Translations under genes and position numbers: made by a program | Assembly (NCBI RefSeq): GCF_964204645.1 | Contig: NC_134031.1 | Location: forward strand, 9,796,001-9,860,000 | Origin: Tubulanus polymorphus | Taxonomy: Eukaryota > Animalia > Nemertea | DNA: 64,000 nt | Direction of reading: 5' to 3' | Shown: piece after piece, positions 14,761 through 25,874 of the stretch | Layout: every line of letters begins with the position of its first letter | Numbering within the stretch: the first letter of the stretch is position 1 | The notes under the pieces: generated by a model | Database searches by the model: none | The model's input: the letters and a program-made list of their open reading frames with translations, nothing else | Told to the model about the DNA's origin: nothing

Positions 14761-15469
14761 GGATATTTTTCATTCGATGTGTTTGGTCGTGTTTATTGAT
14801 TAATTGTGGAGGACTTGACCTTATCGTCAAAACATGTATGTATGATCACTACGTTTGGATCAAAGATAAGGAGAACCCTTTTGCTTTTACCATTATTAGA
14901 ATACAAAGTGCGAAAGATTCAAAACTACAAAACTACATTACAAGACTGTCAATGAATCGATCACCGATTATTCCTGTCAGTGATCGGGATGTAAACATCA
15001 AATTAGTATTCATTGTGTACTTGGTAATAAGCTATGGCAGTATAAGGCCTACAGATATATCCCGAAATCAGTTGATTCCGCATCGGTCAGACTACCCAAA
15101 TTCGATGGATTCGACCTCGAATTTTTTATTTCTTACAACTACAGCACACAAAACAACCTGAAATTTGTATATGTTTGAAGTTGAAATACATTTTATTACT
15201 TACGTGATCAATGTGATCTACATATACTTCATGAACACCGCCTTTATCAAAGGGAATAAAAACTATTAGTACATTATTACGTTACATACTATATAAACCG
15301 TTTCTATTTCTTCATAACTATTTTCCAAGAGCTACCCTTTGACTTAATTATGCTCTGTTCACAACGTATGCATGTTTTCCTTTTCAAAATCTTCATGGAA
15401 CTATTTCATGGTCCATTTTATAAAGTGGAGCCCTGACGAGAATTAACAGCTTTATGAACCTCAGCCGCA

Positions 15470-15892
15470 AGACACTCGAATTTATTTTTTATTTTCTAGT
15501 CACTCGCCCCTTCGACCTTTGATATGAAACAACTAAACCCCTATTACTCTTAAAATATTCATATATATGAATAAAATATAAATGAATTACTTCTAAAATC
15601 AATTTTAATAAAAATTTTAGTATTAAAATGGAAGCAAATAAGTACTACTGCCCAACATGTAAAATCAATATAGATAAATCCCAAAAATCAAGACACAATA
15701 AAACTAAAACACATTTAGAGAATAAATTGAAACTAGAATATACAGATGATATATTAGAAACTAAATTAGATGAATTAAAGAATGAAAAAGAAACATATAA
15801 ATGTGATAACTGTAATCAATCATACAGTGATAAAAGATATTATAAAGAACATTTAAAATCTAAAAGTCATATTAGAAATATGAATAATGATA
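15470..15892 (+). repeat. Left TIR of the full-length Polinton (outer hairpin arm deleted; includes 88 codons)
   Basis: Reverse complement of 31159-31658, except about 76 bp missing after the first AG. Confidence 0.9.
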
Positions 15893-16467
15893 ACTTATTT
15901 TCATTATTTAACATTAAAAATTATATCTCAGCAACAAATTTAGTGTATGGAAGACAATATAAAATTGATAATATTTCTATAATCAATCAAATATTATCAA
16001 ATGAAGCATATTTAATTATTGAACTGATAGATAATGGAATCAAAAATCCTAACATATTTAATACAGTTTTAAATCATAAAGGAACTTTAGAAAAAATTAT
16101 AAATATTCTTGAAACTCCTTTCAATGAAAGAAATGATGATTTAAAACTTTATAGAGGTTACAATAATTTGATTAACTTAAGAATTGAAAAAAGACAATTA
16201 TATTATTTAAATTTTGATGATAAACAAATTATCTATAATGAAAATTCATCAAATATTGGTATTCAATGTGAATTAGATAATGAAAAATCATTTATAGATG
16301 TTGGAACTCAATGTAACTTAGATAATGAAATTGTTACTAAATATAATACTAATGAAAGCGTTTTATGTAATTGTGGAAAATATTATACTCAAAGCAAAAA
16401 ATCACACCATCTTAAATCAAAATATCATTACCCCAAATATGGAAATCAATTAAGTAAAAAAATTTGA
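15628..16467 (+). CDS. Chimeric zinc-finger protein: pPolB N-terminal 88 aa fused to the left-end gene
   Basis: aa 1-88 match 30941-31423 with 3 differences; the rest matches the MSFNKNF-type gene. Three CxxC/CxC...HxxxxxH fingers; uninterrupted ORF. Confidence 0.85.
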   Translation: MEANKYYCPTCKINIDKSQKSRHNKTKTHLENKLKLEYTDDILETKLDELKNEKETYKCDNCNQSYSDKRYYKEHLKSKSHIRNMNNDNLFSLFNIKNYISATNLVYGRQYKIDNISIINQILSNEAYLIIELIDNGIKNPNIFNTVLNHKGTLEKIINILETPFNERNDDLKLYRGYNNLINLRIEKRQLYYLNFDDKQIIYNENSSNIGIQCELDNEKSFIDVGTQCNLDNEIVTKYNTNESVLCNCGKYYTQSKKSHHLKSKYHYPKYGNQLSKKI

Positions 16468-16474
16468 TATTAAA

Positions 16475-17123
16475 ATGGAACCAGAAGAACCACAAAGTAT
16501 TAATATTACAAATAACACTGGTGTTATAAATATATACTACAAGAAGTGTTCTAAGTGTGAATTAGATAAATTAGCTTTAACAGAATTTAATAAGCGTAAG
16601 ATTAGCAAAGATGGTTTTCAATATTGCTGTAAAACTTGTACTAAACTATATACCAAACAATATCGAGAAGATAATAGAGAAGCTTACAATGATTATATGA
16701 CAGAATATATGAGAGGAAGATATCAAACAGATCTTAATTTTAGATTGAAACAATGTTTAAGGACTAGATTAACACAATTATTCAACAAAGAAACGCATTC
16801 AGAAACACTAATTTGTTGGGTTGTTCAGATGAATTTTTCATATCATGGATAATATATCAATTCGACGATGAAATGAATATAGATAATTATGGTGAATACT
16901 TTCATATTGATCACGCGTTGCCGATTTCTAAATTTAACATGAATGATGAACACAATAAAAAATTATTTGGAATTGGAGAAATTTAAGACCTTTAGAAAAG
17001 AAGGAAAACATAATTAAATCTAACAAACTAGATATGAAATTATATTTAGATCAACTGGATAAAGCAAAGACATTTGTTGAATTATGGAACTCAACACATA
17101 ATGAAAAATACGTTGAAGCTTAA
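16475..17123 (+). pseudogene. Zinc-binding HNH-type endonuclease, frameshifted
   Basis: N-terminal CSKC...CCKTC; other frames continue LLGCS...NYGEYFHIDHALPISKF...WRNLRPLEKKENIIKSNK (HIDH...N...N pattern). Confidence 0.75.
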
Positions 17124-17559
17124 ACGCTTAGAAAACCGGTTACTCTCGATCTATGTCAAACCGCCTATATGTAATTGGATTAGCTCTTTGCATATGTCGC
17201 ACGTTATATTTAGTTGAATGCGGCGCACCTCATTTGAATATCGATCGAATGTGCTATTTCAGTTGAAAAGGATTAATCAATTACATTACAAAGGAACATC
17301 TGTTGCTTAGACAGACAGTGCCTGGGCGTATTGAGCGCAAACGCATTAAAACACCCGAACTGAACAGACGGAATATATAGAACATATAAGATTTTTCTCT
17401 AGAAACACAATTAGGAGTTTACAGTTATAAATGTAAGTACTTATTTTGTTGTTATTAAGACGCCGGGAAACGTTAAACATGTTTAAGTGCTGAAATTGAT
17501 ATTTGACAACTACAACTTCAAGTTAGTTTTATTCTACATTCTAGATATTTAGTAAAAAA

Positions 17560-18261
17560 ATGTCATACAGATCAAGAACTCCACCATCTACTCCAAATCT
17601 AACGCAAGAAAGTGAGGAGCCAGAATGTATGGATGTCAACACAACTGTAATAGATATAGAAGAAAAAAATATCGAAAAACTCAGGAAACATATGGATTAT
17701 TATGAACAATTAGTGTCAATTTTGGACGAAGTAATTACAACGAAACAATCAAAGATACAAGAATTACCAAAAATACCAACGCCGAGTTTAAAAACATTAT
17801 TAGGACTTAAAGAAAATAGAATCAAATTGAGCGGTTGTGAACTACACGAATATTTAAAATCAAAATTACTGGATCATAGAGATTTATCGAACTTTAGTGA
17901 AATAGATGTGCATTTATTTTCAGAAATTAGTGGATTACTGATAAGCGAGTATAAAAAATTGTTAACGAAACAAACAAATCATCTTTGGGATTTTATAATT
18001 TTTGGGAATTCCTTGAATAAAGGGTTTGTTCTTTTTCATTCGACTCAAACTATAAATATTTCATGGGCTAATTGGGTTAAAGAAAATATATCTATTAGCG
18101 TTGAGTATGAAAGAAAACTTAGAAGAATTGGAAAATTATATTCGTTTAAAAAATTTCGATTATTGGGGTTGCCATTTGCTACTGTTATTAATCATTTGGC
18201 AGAAATCGAAAAAATGTTTGAAAATTACCCCGAAATCAAAGAATTCTGGTCGGAATTATAA
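17560..18261 (+). CDS. Uncharacterised 233-aa protein, probably with a 5'-UTR intron (17433-17544)
   Basis: Intact ORF; upstream GTAAGT donor and pyrimidine-rich TTCTAG acceptor. Confidence 0.65.
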   Translation: MSYRSRTPPSTPNLTQESEEPECMDVNTTVIDIEEKNIEKLRKHMDYYEQLVSILDEVITTKQSKIQELPKIPTPSLKTLLGLKENRIKLSGCELHEYLKSKLLDHRDLSNFSEIDVHLFSEISGLLISEYKKLLTKQTNHLWDFIIFGNSLNKGFVLFHSTQTINISWANWVKENISISVEYERKLRRIGKLYSFKKFRLLGLPFATVINHLAEIEKMFENYPEIKEFWSEL

Positions 18262-18889
18262 AATCCCAATGATGATTTGTTTGTTTAGTTAACAATTTTT
18301 CATACTTTATAGATTTTTTGTATTTGTATTATATTTACCCTAATTACATTTTCTATTATTCTATATTCAGCTATTGTTAATATCGCAGTGACATATGTTG
18401 TATTGTACTTTATTGATTCCTGCATTCCACGCATAACTTGCCGGGCCTCAGCCGAGCGGCTTTGAATGTGGAAATCGATAATGATTGTAGAATAAAATAT
18501 ATGTGTGTTTATGAAATAGTATTTCCACCAGTCGTTTCTTTTAATTTATTTTCAGTTTTAGGATTTATTATCGAGAATCCGAAATGACTTATCTGGACAG
18601 TTATAATTACTGCTCCTAATAGATAAACAATAGTAGTGAGATATTAAATCCTAATTAAAAAAAAAAAATATTAAAAAACATAACTTCAACTAACCAGTGA
18701 ATTCTATTATATTTTTAATATTTTCTATTCAAAAAGAGAATACTTTATATTTTGAATAGATTCAAATAGAAATTCAGTAAATTCAAATAGCTAGTATCAG
18801 TAGTCAATACTAGAATTCTTTAACTTTAACTATCTAGTATCATTTTATAATACTTATAATATTTTTCTTATTAAATTTCTCTAATATAA

Positions 18890-19492
18890 ATGTCAAAGAA
18901 ATCGAGTAAGAATAGTATTGATATTGAAAAAACATTAGATGATTTGGGTATTAGTGATAATAAAGATACAGTTGTTTCTAATTCTATTCAAGTTAATAAC
19001 AATATTGATTATGAATACTACTTATATTGTAAACACCATCTTGAGTTACTAATTGCTGGTGGGAAATCTAAGGAGTTTTTAACTAAGATAATTACTTTTC
19101 AAGAATTAGATGCTATGAAACCAGATAAAGTAATAAAATATTTTAAGATTTATGAAGAAGCTAGATTAGCTAGAATAAATGATTCTATTTCAGATGGTAT
19201 TATAAAATGTTATTCAAAATTATGTAACCGAGTAATACCAATTGATGATGAAAATAAATTATATAGTGATTTGAAAAATGATTATTTAGTTATGACTGAA
19301 TTACAAAAATGGGTTGGTTATGCTTCATTCCAATTAGGATCGGTTATGACATTAATTTCTACTGGTGTCATAACATTTTCGAATATCAAGCCTATGGAAT
19401 ATAAATCAGGTAAGAACGAAACAGATGTACTACAACCAAACGTCGAAACAGAAAATGAATCAGAAAAAAAATTAACTAAAATAAATGAGTGA
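18890..19492 (+). CDS. Polinton hypothetical protein with a C-terminal hydrophobic segment
   Basis: Intact 200-aa ORF, TAAATG start, overlaps the next gene. Confidence 0.7.
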   Translation: MSKKSSKNSIDIEKTLDDLGISDNKDTVVSNSIQVNNNIDYEYYLYCKHHLELLIAGGKSKEFLTKIITFQELDAMKPDKVIKYFKIYEEARLARINDSISDGIIKCYSKLCNRVIPIDDENKLYSDLKNDYLVMTELQKWVGYASFQLGSVMTLISTGVITFSNIKPMEYKSGKNETDVLQPNVETENESEKKLTKINE

Positions 19493-19838
19493 TGGCGTTA
19501 AGAAAAAGCCTAGATCCGAGAAACAAATTAAATGGGCAAGAGAATTAGGTAAAAGATCTTCAGAATTAAAAAAAGCTAAGAAAAAGAAATTAACTGATAT
19601 AAATGAATCAGAGACTTTATCTGATATTGATTCAAATAAAAATCCATCTGATTCTTCTAATAGTGGTAGAAATAATTACTTATATATCACAATTATTATA
19701 TTATCCGGTGTAATATATAAATCAAAATTAAAATCTGATGATAAAGATGATTCCAATGATAATAAACCTATCATACCAGAAAATAAGTCAAATCATAAAG
19801 CCATTGAAACTAAATCTAAATTATTATTAATGGATTAA
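19485..19838 (+). CDS. Small basic protein with one hydrophobic helix
   Basis: K/R-rich N-terminus, YLYITIIILSGVIY segment, TAAATG start. Confidence 0.65.
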   Translation: MSDGVKKKPRSEKQIKWARELGKRSSELKKAKKKKLTDINESETLSDIDSNKNPSDSSNSGRNNYLYITIIILSGVIYKSKLKSDDKDDSNDNKPIIPENKSNHKAIETKSKLLLMD

Positions 19839-19844
19839 AATAAG

Positions 19845-20935
19845 ATGAAAAAAGAACAATATTTAAGAGATTTATATTATAACCCAGAAAGTGAAGTATC
19901 ATCTTCTAACGTTTCAGAATTATGGAATAAAATTAAATCTGATAATGAAAATGGTAATATAAAATATAGTGAACTAAGATTATGGTTACAAAATCAACCA
20001 ACATATCAAATCCACAAGAAAATGGATAAAACTTATTTAACAAGAAAAGTTATGGTTTCATATATCGATCAACAATGGCAAGCAGATTTAATTGACATGA
20101 AGAACTTAGAAGAATACAACAAAGGATATTTCTGGATACTGAATGTTATAGACATATTCAGTAGATACGCATGGTCAATTCCAATCAAAAATAAAACTGG
20201 TATATAAGTAACAAATGCTTTTAAATCAATATTTAAAGAAGCTATTCCAGATAAGATACAATTTGATGAAGGTAAGGAATTTTATAACAAACATTTCAAA
20301 AAACTATTATCTGATAACGATGTAGATTATTTTTCAACACACTCGGATAAAAAAGCATCTATTATAGAAAGATTTAATAAAACATTGAAAACTAGAATGT
20401 GGAAATATTTTACTGCTAATGAAACATATAAATATATCGATGTGTTAGATGATTTAGTGAAAGGTTATAATAATTCTAAACATAGTTCTATAAATATGAA
20501 ACCTATACAAGCTAGAAAAGAAGAAAATTCAGAAATAGTTTGGAATAATTTATATGGCGCGTTTGTTACACATGATTTCGGAGAACCTAAATTTAAAATT
20601 AGGCAACATGTCAGAATATCTAAATATAGAAAAACAATTTATAAAGGTTATACCCCTAATTTTACAGAAGAAATATTCAAGATTAAAAAGATAATATTAA
20701 CGAAACCATTTGTTCATAAACTAGAAGATCTAAAAGATGAAGAAATATTAGGTTATTTCTATGAACAAGAAATATCACTTGTACCAAACCCAGATGAAAT
20801 AGAATACAAAATAGAAAAAGTATTGAAAAAAAAACTCTTAAAGGAAAAAAGTATTCTTTGGTGAAATATCAAGGATATGATGATAAATTTAATGAATGGA
20901 TTTTCTCTAGTAAAATTAAAAGAATAAATGAATAA
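19845..20935 (+). pseudogene. Retroviral-like (rve) integrase with C-terminal chromodomain
   Basis: WQADLIDM, VIDIFSRYAW, QFDEGKEF, IERFNKTLK (DDE). In-frame stop at 20205; frameshift in the chromodomain (YKIEKVL...VKYQGYDDKFNEW). Confidence 0.93.
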
Positions 20936-21537
20936 AGATTTATTTATATTTGAACCGCATACTATGTTAGTTACTGAGGTAACAAACTGTGGTAAAACAC
21001 ATTTCATATTAGATTTGTTAGAAACTATTTATAAGAAGCATTTTGATAATATAATATTATTCTGTCCTACTTATGAAATGTATAAAACATATAATAGGGA
21101 TATAGTTATAGATATAGTTTATTATATTAAATCCTAAAACAGTAAAAGAAAATTTAGATAATTGCATAAAAATAGCAGTTGATACTTATAAGGGATCAAA
21201 TACATTATTCATTACAGATGATTGCGCAAATTTACATGATTCAAAAGTGAGAGAAAGTGAGTTATGTTATTTAGCTTTCTCTGGGAGACATTTTGGGATA
21301 ACAACATGGGTTTTAAATCAAAAATATAATTCAATTGTAAAAGACTTTAGGGAGAATATAAGATTTCTAGTTTTATTCTACAATAAAGAAAGAAAATCTA
21401 TCCAACAATCATTGGAAGAAAATCAAATTATACCTACTGAATTACATGATGAATATAAGAATAAATTAAAGAATAATAAAGGTTCAAAATTATTACTGAG
21501 ACTACAATTTCCCTATGAATATAAATTTATAAAATAA
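20928..21537 (+). pseudogene. A32/FtsK-like genome-packaging ATPase
   Basis: Walker A EVTNCGKT (first Gly replaced by Glu), Walker B LFITDD, SGRH...LNQ motif; frameshift near 21110. Confidence 0.9.
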
Positions 21538-21552
21538 AATTTGAAATATTAT

Positions 21553-21891
21553 GGAAACTAATTTATATTTCTTTATACTAGACGTACGTAAGAATCCAAG
21601 ATTCTTGCTAAGAAAGTAAGAATTCTTATATTCTTACGTACGTCTAGTACATAGATATATAAATTAGTTTTATAATAATTATTATAAATTTGAATTATAA
21701 AAATGAATAAATTATATGTTTTCTCTTAATAAAAATAAAAATAGATTATATTATAACTATTTCTATACTTAGATTAATAATTTATGTTTTTGATTTTTAT
21801 AAAAACTAAATTATATATCTATGTACTAGACGTACGATTAAGAAAGTAAGATTTCTTGGTTTCCTACCAAGATTCTTACGTACGTCTAATA
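21553..21891. repeat. Palindromic region between the convergent gene blocks (putative terminator)
   Basis: Four TAGACGTACG/CGTACGTCTA arms forming two stem-loops (21553-21671 and 21801-21891). Confidence 0.75.
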
Positions 21892-22824
21892 CAGAATAAT
21901 AATTTGTTCAGAATAATCTTCTGCATAAGCTAATAATTTATCAAATAACAACTTATAGAATATATAATATTGGTTAGTTTTAGGATTAGAATATTTGATA
22001 TATTTATTCGGGTTATTTAACAATGGTATCATACTCACCATTTTATAAACATTAATTAGATGTAACTTTGATTTATAATGAGTATTTTCATCAACAGGTT
22101 CAATTTTTTTATTACAATATTGACACGTTTTATTTCTTTCTATTTCTTCTAATTTCTTTTCATGTTCTTCTAACTTCCTTTCATTTTCGATATGCGCTTG
22201 AGATTTTTTATGTTTAGAAAAATTACTTTTAGAAATATCTAAATTACAAATGTTACAATGTTTTTTAGAATCATCAATTGTTTCATTATCATTAGTTTCA
22301 ATTGTATCAACACTATCTGTTATATTATCCATGGTATCATTTGTTTCAATTGTATTAACATTATCTATGATATTATCTATTATATTATTATCAGGTATAT
22401 TATTATCATTATTATTCTTTTCTTTTTCTATATGTTTATTTGATTTCTTATGTGATGCCCAATTTTTATATGATATATATTTCTTACATACATCACAATA
22501 TTTTTCAATTGTCTTTTTGGTTTTGATATCAGGTTCAATCTTATCATTATTAGATGTAGAAGGTATTGCATTATTAGATGTAGAAGGTATTACATTATTA
22601 GATGTAGAAGGTATTACATTATTAGATGTAGAAGGTATTACATTACTTAAATTATCAACAACACCACTTTTATTATTATCGATTTTTATTAGTTTAGTTT
22701 TATAAATTTTGAAAATAGGATCAAATATCAAAGCTATATTACAAGGTATTACATAATATAAACCATCATTATTTTCATGTGTATCGATGTATGGAATATG
22801 TTTATATACTTTACCTCCTTCCAT
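21886..22824 (-). CDS. Multi-zinc-finger protein with a 4x NVIPSTSN-type repeat
   Basis: Intact 312-aa ORF; three CxxC-x11-HxKSxxH fingers; 24-bp coding tandem repeat at ~22547-22645. Confidence 0.8.
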   Translation of the reverse strand: MEGGKVYKHIPYIDTHENNDGLYYVIPCNIALIFDPIFKIYKTKLIKIDNNKSGVVDNLSNVIPSTSNNVIPSTSNNVIPSTSNNAIPSTSNNDKIEPDIKTKKTIEKYCDVCKKYISYKNWASHKKSNKHIEKEKNNNDNNIPDNNIIDNIIDNVNTIETNDTMDNITDSVDTIETNDNETIDDSKKHCNICNLDISKSNFSKHKKSQAHIENERKLEEHEKKLEEIERNKTCQYCNKKIEPVDENTHYKSKLHLINVYKMVSMIPLLNNPNKYIKYSNPKTNQYYIFYKLLFDKLLAYAEDYSEQIIILY

Positions 22825-22856
22825 TTATTATATAAATTTTTATTAAAGTTAAAATT

Positions 22857-24109
22857 TTAATACATAACACTATTTAATTGAGAATTTACAATATTTAATT
22901 GCGCGTCAGATATAATATAAATGTGCATTTTAAAATTTTTGATTCCTTTATTCTTTGTCATGAATAATTGTATTCCATCTTTAGTGTTCTGTAGTTTTTT
23001 TCCAGAACCATGTAATGAATTATCCTCTGTTGTTCTAAAATCTAACCATAATACATATTTATTACCGGTATAATAATCAATTTGATTAATATTACAATTT
23101 TCAGATGATTTTACTTCATCATTTCATTCATAAAATGTTTTCTAATTTCTGGCCATTGATCTATCATTCTCATTCCTTGACAAAATATTTTATTTGCTAT
23201 TCCTTCGATAGTTATTTCTACTTTTGTTATTTCAGGATCATAATAATTATCAACATTTATTGCACCATTAGTATATGTTGCAATTGTAAAAAATATTAAT
23301 ATACCTTTAATAGATCTTCTTGGGAAGTTAATATTCTCATTAATAATTTCATCATTTGCATTAATAGTTACAGTTTTAAATTTATCAATATAATCATATA
23401 ATAATGAAAATCCTTGATTGTATTTAGTTTGAATTATACTTGAAGTATTTTCATCAGTTACTGTATCATATTCTAAAGATATATTCGATAATTTATACCT
23501 CATATCTTTATCAACGCTAGATATTACAATTTCATTTACAGGAGCAAATGTTATCTCAAATATAACGTCTTCTTGAATTGCGTATTAATATAAAGGCGCA
23601 TTATTATTTATCAATTCAAAGTCTAATGGAATTTTATATTTGCTTCCATATATACTTTTTATCAATTTATCTATAGCATTAGTTAATATTGCATTATGCG
23701 CTTCTGATCTTAATTTATTTTGGTTTTTTGATTGGATTCCTTGAAATATCATATTATTTCTATTTTCTTTAGTTAACCATAAATCTTTATAATGCATAAA
23801 TAAATTATAATCATCTAATGAGAAAACTGTTTCTGGACCGATCTTTATAGTTAATTTTTTAATCAAATATCTTCCAACATTATCGACAACATAATTATTA
23901 TTATTACTGGTTACTTTTATATCGGCCGATAAATAAATACTATTTGGAACATAAAAAGTATTTTGTGTTAATCGAGGGATTCTAACATATAAAGTTTCAT
24001 CGGGAATAATATTAGAATGGTTATGAGTAATTATATGATGTAATCTTTCTGCTTTAATAGCATTAGATATTCTAGAAATCTTAAAAGGACTTATATAACT
24101 CCCACTCAT
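22857..24109 (-). pseudogene. Major capsid protein (double jelly-roll), one stop and one frameshift
   Basis: ORFs 23585-24109 and 23111-23503 plus the continuation LWLDFRTTEDNSLHGSGKKLQNTKDGIQL...SDAQLNIVNSQLNSVMY. About 417 codons, beta-rich; size, position and motifs fit a Polinton MCP. Confidence 0.8.
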
Positions 24110-24125
24110 TTATTTAACAAAAAAT

Positions 24126-25546
24126 TTATTTTTTATTTTTTATCATGTTTACTAACCCAAAAATAATAGCACTTACAACTGTAATTAAAAATAAAATAAT
24201 ATGTTCAGCAGCAAAGTTAATAATGTTTCCTGCAGATTTCAATATAAAACCAACAATTGATGCAATAACTCCGGGCAATGCTGCAGCAGATTTTTTAGAT
24301 AGTTCCCATAAATATTTTGCTAATTTCTTTAAACCATCTTTAACTTTATCTTGTATAGAATTATTATCATTCGGGGGTTTATCTGGTTTATTGGGAGTAG
24401 GAGTAGATTTCAAAGAATTTGATATTGCTAAACCAATTGTTGTAAATAACATAGTTACAGATGTTAAAATTGAAAGAATTGTTATTCCTTCGAATTTAAA
24501 TAATAATTTTATTCTATCTTTCAATGATATTTTAGAATCTCGTTTTATCAACAGATCTTTAAAAACATCTTTAAATCTTTTAAAATTATTACCACATTCT
24601 TTTAATAATATATCTCTTTCACCTTTCAGTACTTCTAAATTATCTTTTAAATTATCAATTTCTTTTTCTAAACGTAATACTTTTTGCCTATATTCCATTC
24701 CACCAATTGATTGATGGTCTAAATCAGACTTTAGTTGTTCTATCTCTTTATTTTTATCAGTTAATTCTTTTTCTAAAGTACTAATTTTAATATCTCTTAT
24801 ACTTTTATCATGCGCAATTTATCAGATGCAAGTCTTATACTTTTAATTTCTCTTCAACTACTTCAACAGAAAATATATTATTTAAATCTTCTAATTCTTG
24901 ATCTGTTGCATCAATTAATCCATTCGGTAAAAGTTTTTCAGTTTGAACTTCGGTTGATTTAACTTTACTAGTTTTGGAAAATCAGCTTCTTTAGGAATTT
25001 TTTTAGTCTTAAATTATCATTAATTATCTTCAAAAAATCATCATTTCTTTTATTAAAATCTCTTCTATTATCAATTATCTCTTTTTCTGTAACATCAGTT
25101 ATAACATCATTAATGATTTTCTTAATTCTAGATTGTTCTAATTTAATAAAGGTTGGTTTTGTTATTATTTTATCGAGACTTTCATTAGAAGAAATCTTAA
25201 AATAATAGTCACCTTTCAAATGCCAATTTAAATATTTCAAATCTTTTACTAAATAATTCACACCTCTATTTGTTATATTGAAACCAGAATTTTTTAATAT
25301 TGGTTTGAATTTATCATTTAAATTGTCATATTTTAATTCTTTTTTTGTTATTTCTGGATCTTCATTTTCAATATCTATTCTCGATTTAGCTCCTCTAATA
25401 TATTCATCTGTTGACGGGGCTTTAGAACCAGGAACAACTTCTGGTAAATTAGTATTATATTCGGTTTTATTATCATTACTAAAACTTGTTTCATCAAAAT
25501 CAGGTGGTTGTTCATCACTTATACCAGGTTCATCTAAAGGATCCAT
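24126..25546 (-). pseudogene. Coiled-coil protein with C-terminal hydrophobic/amphipathic helices (candidate membrane-active protein)
   Basis: ORFs 24968-25585 and 24126-24698 joined by a frameshifted coiled-coil; three hydrophobic segments; second copy at 43311-43990. Confidence 0.65.
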
Positions 25547-25549
25547 TGG

Positions 25550-25622
25550 AATATCCACCTCCAGTAAATGCCAAAGCGTGAACAATTGCCGATCCTATAA
25601 TAGTTATAATTGCAGAAGCCAT
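25550..25622 (-). pseudogene. 5' remnant of a hydrophobic protein gene (MASAIITIIGSAIVHALAFTGGGY)
   Basis: TAAATG start, 24 hydrophobic codons, then runs out of frame into the next gene. Confidence 0.5.
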
Positions 25623-25646
25623 TTATTTAGTAAAATAATTATGTAT

Positions 25647-25867
25647 TTATATGGGAGGAATATATTTTTGTTTTTCCAAATAATCAATAGTTAGATTAGA
25701 TAAAGTAACTGCTAATGTTAATTTTAAGATATCATTTATATCAAATCTATCAACATTAACAATTCCCATTTTAAATACTTTTTTTAATACCATTGAATAA
25801 CCAACAGTTCCAACTGATAGTAATGCTCCATTATATAATCCAGTTATTATCCACTTATATCACTCAT
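25647..25867 (-). pseudogene. Small hydrophobic protein (~73 aa), frameshifted near the start
   Basis: TAAATG start; ITGLYNGALLSVGTVGYSMVLKKVFKMG...DILKLTLAVTLSNLTIDYLEKQKYIPPI*; not in the ORF track. Confidence 0.6.
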
Positions 25868-25874
25868 TTATTTA

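Noticed and set aside
14475-15161. ORFs of 90-179 aa
   Set aside because: Microsatellite translation artefacts.
22250-25694. + strand ORFs 22250-22705, 24145-24714 and 25278-25694
   Set aside because: Antisense shadows of the - strand Polinton genes.
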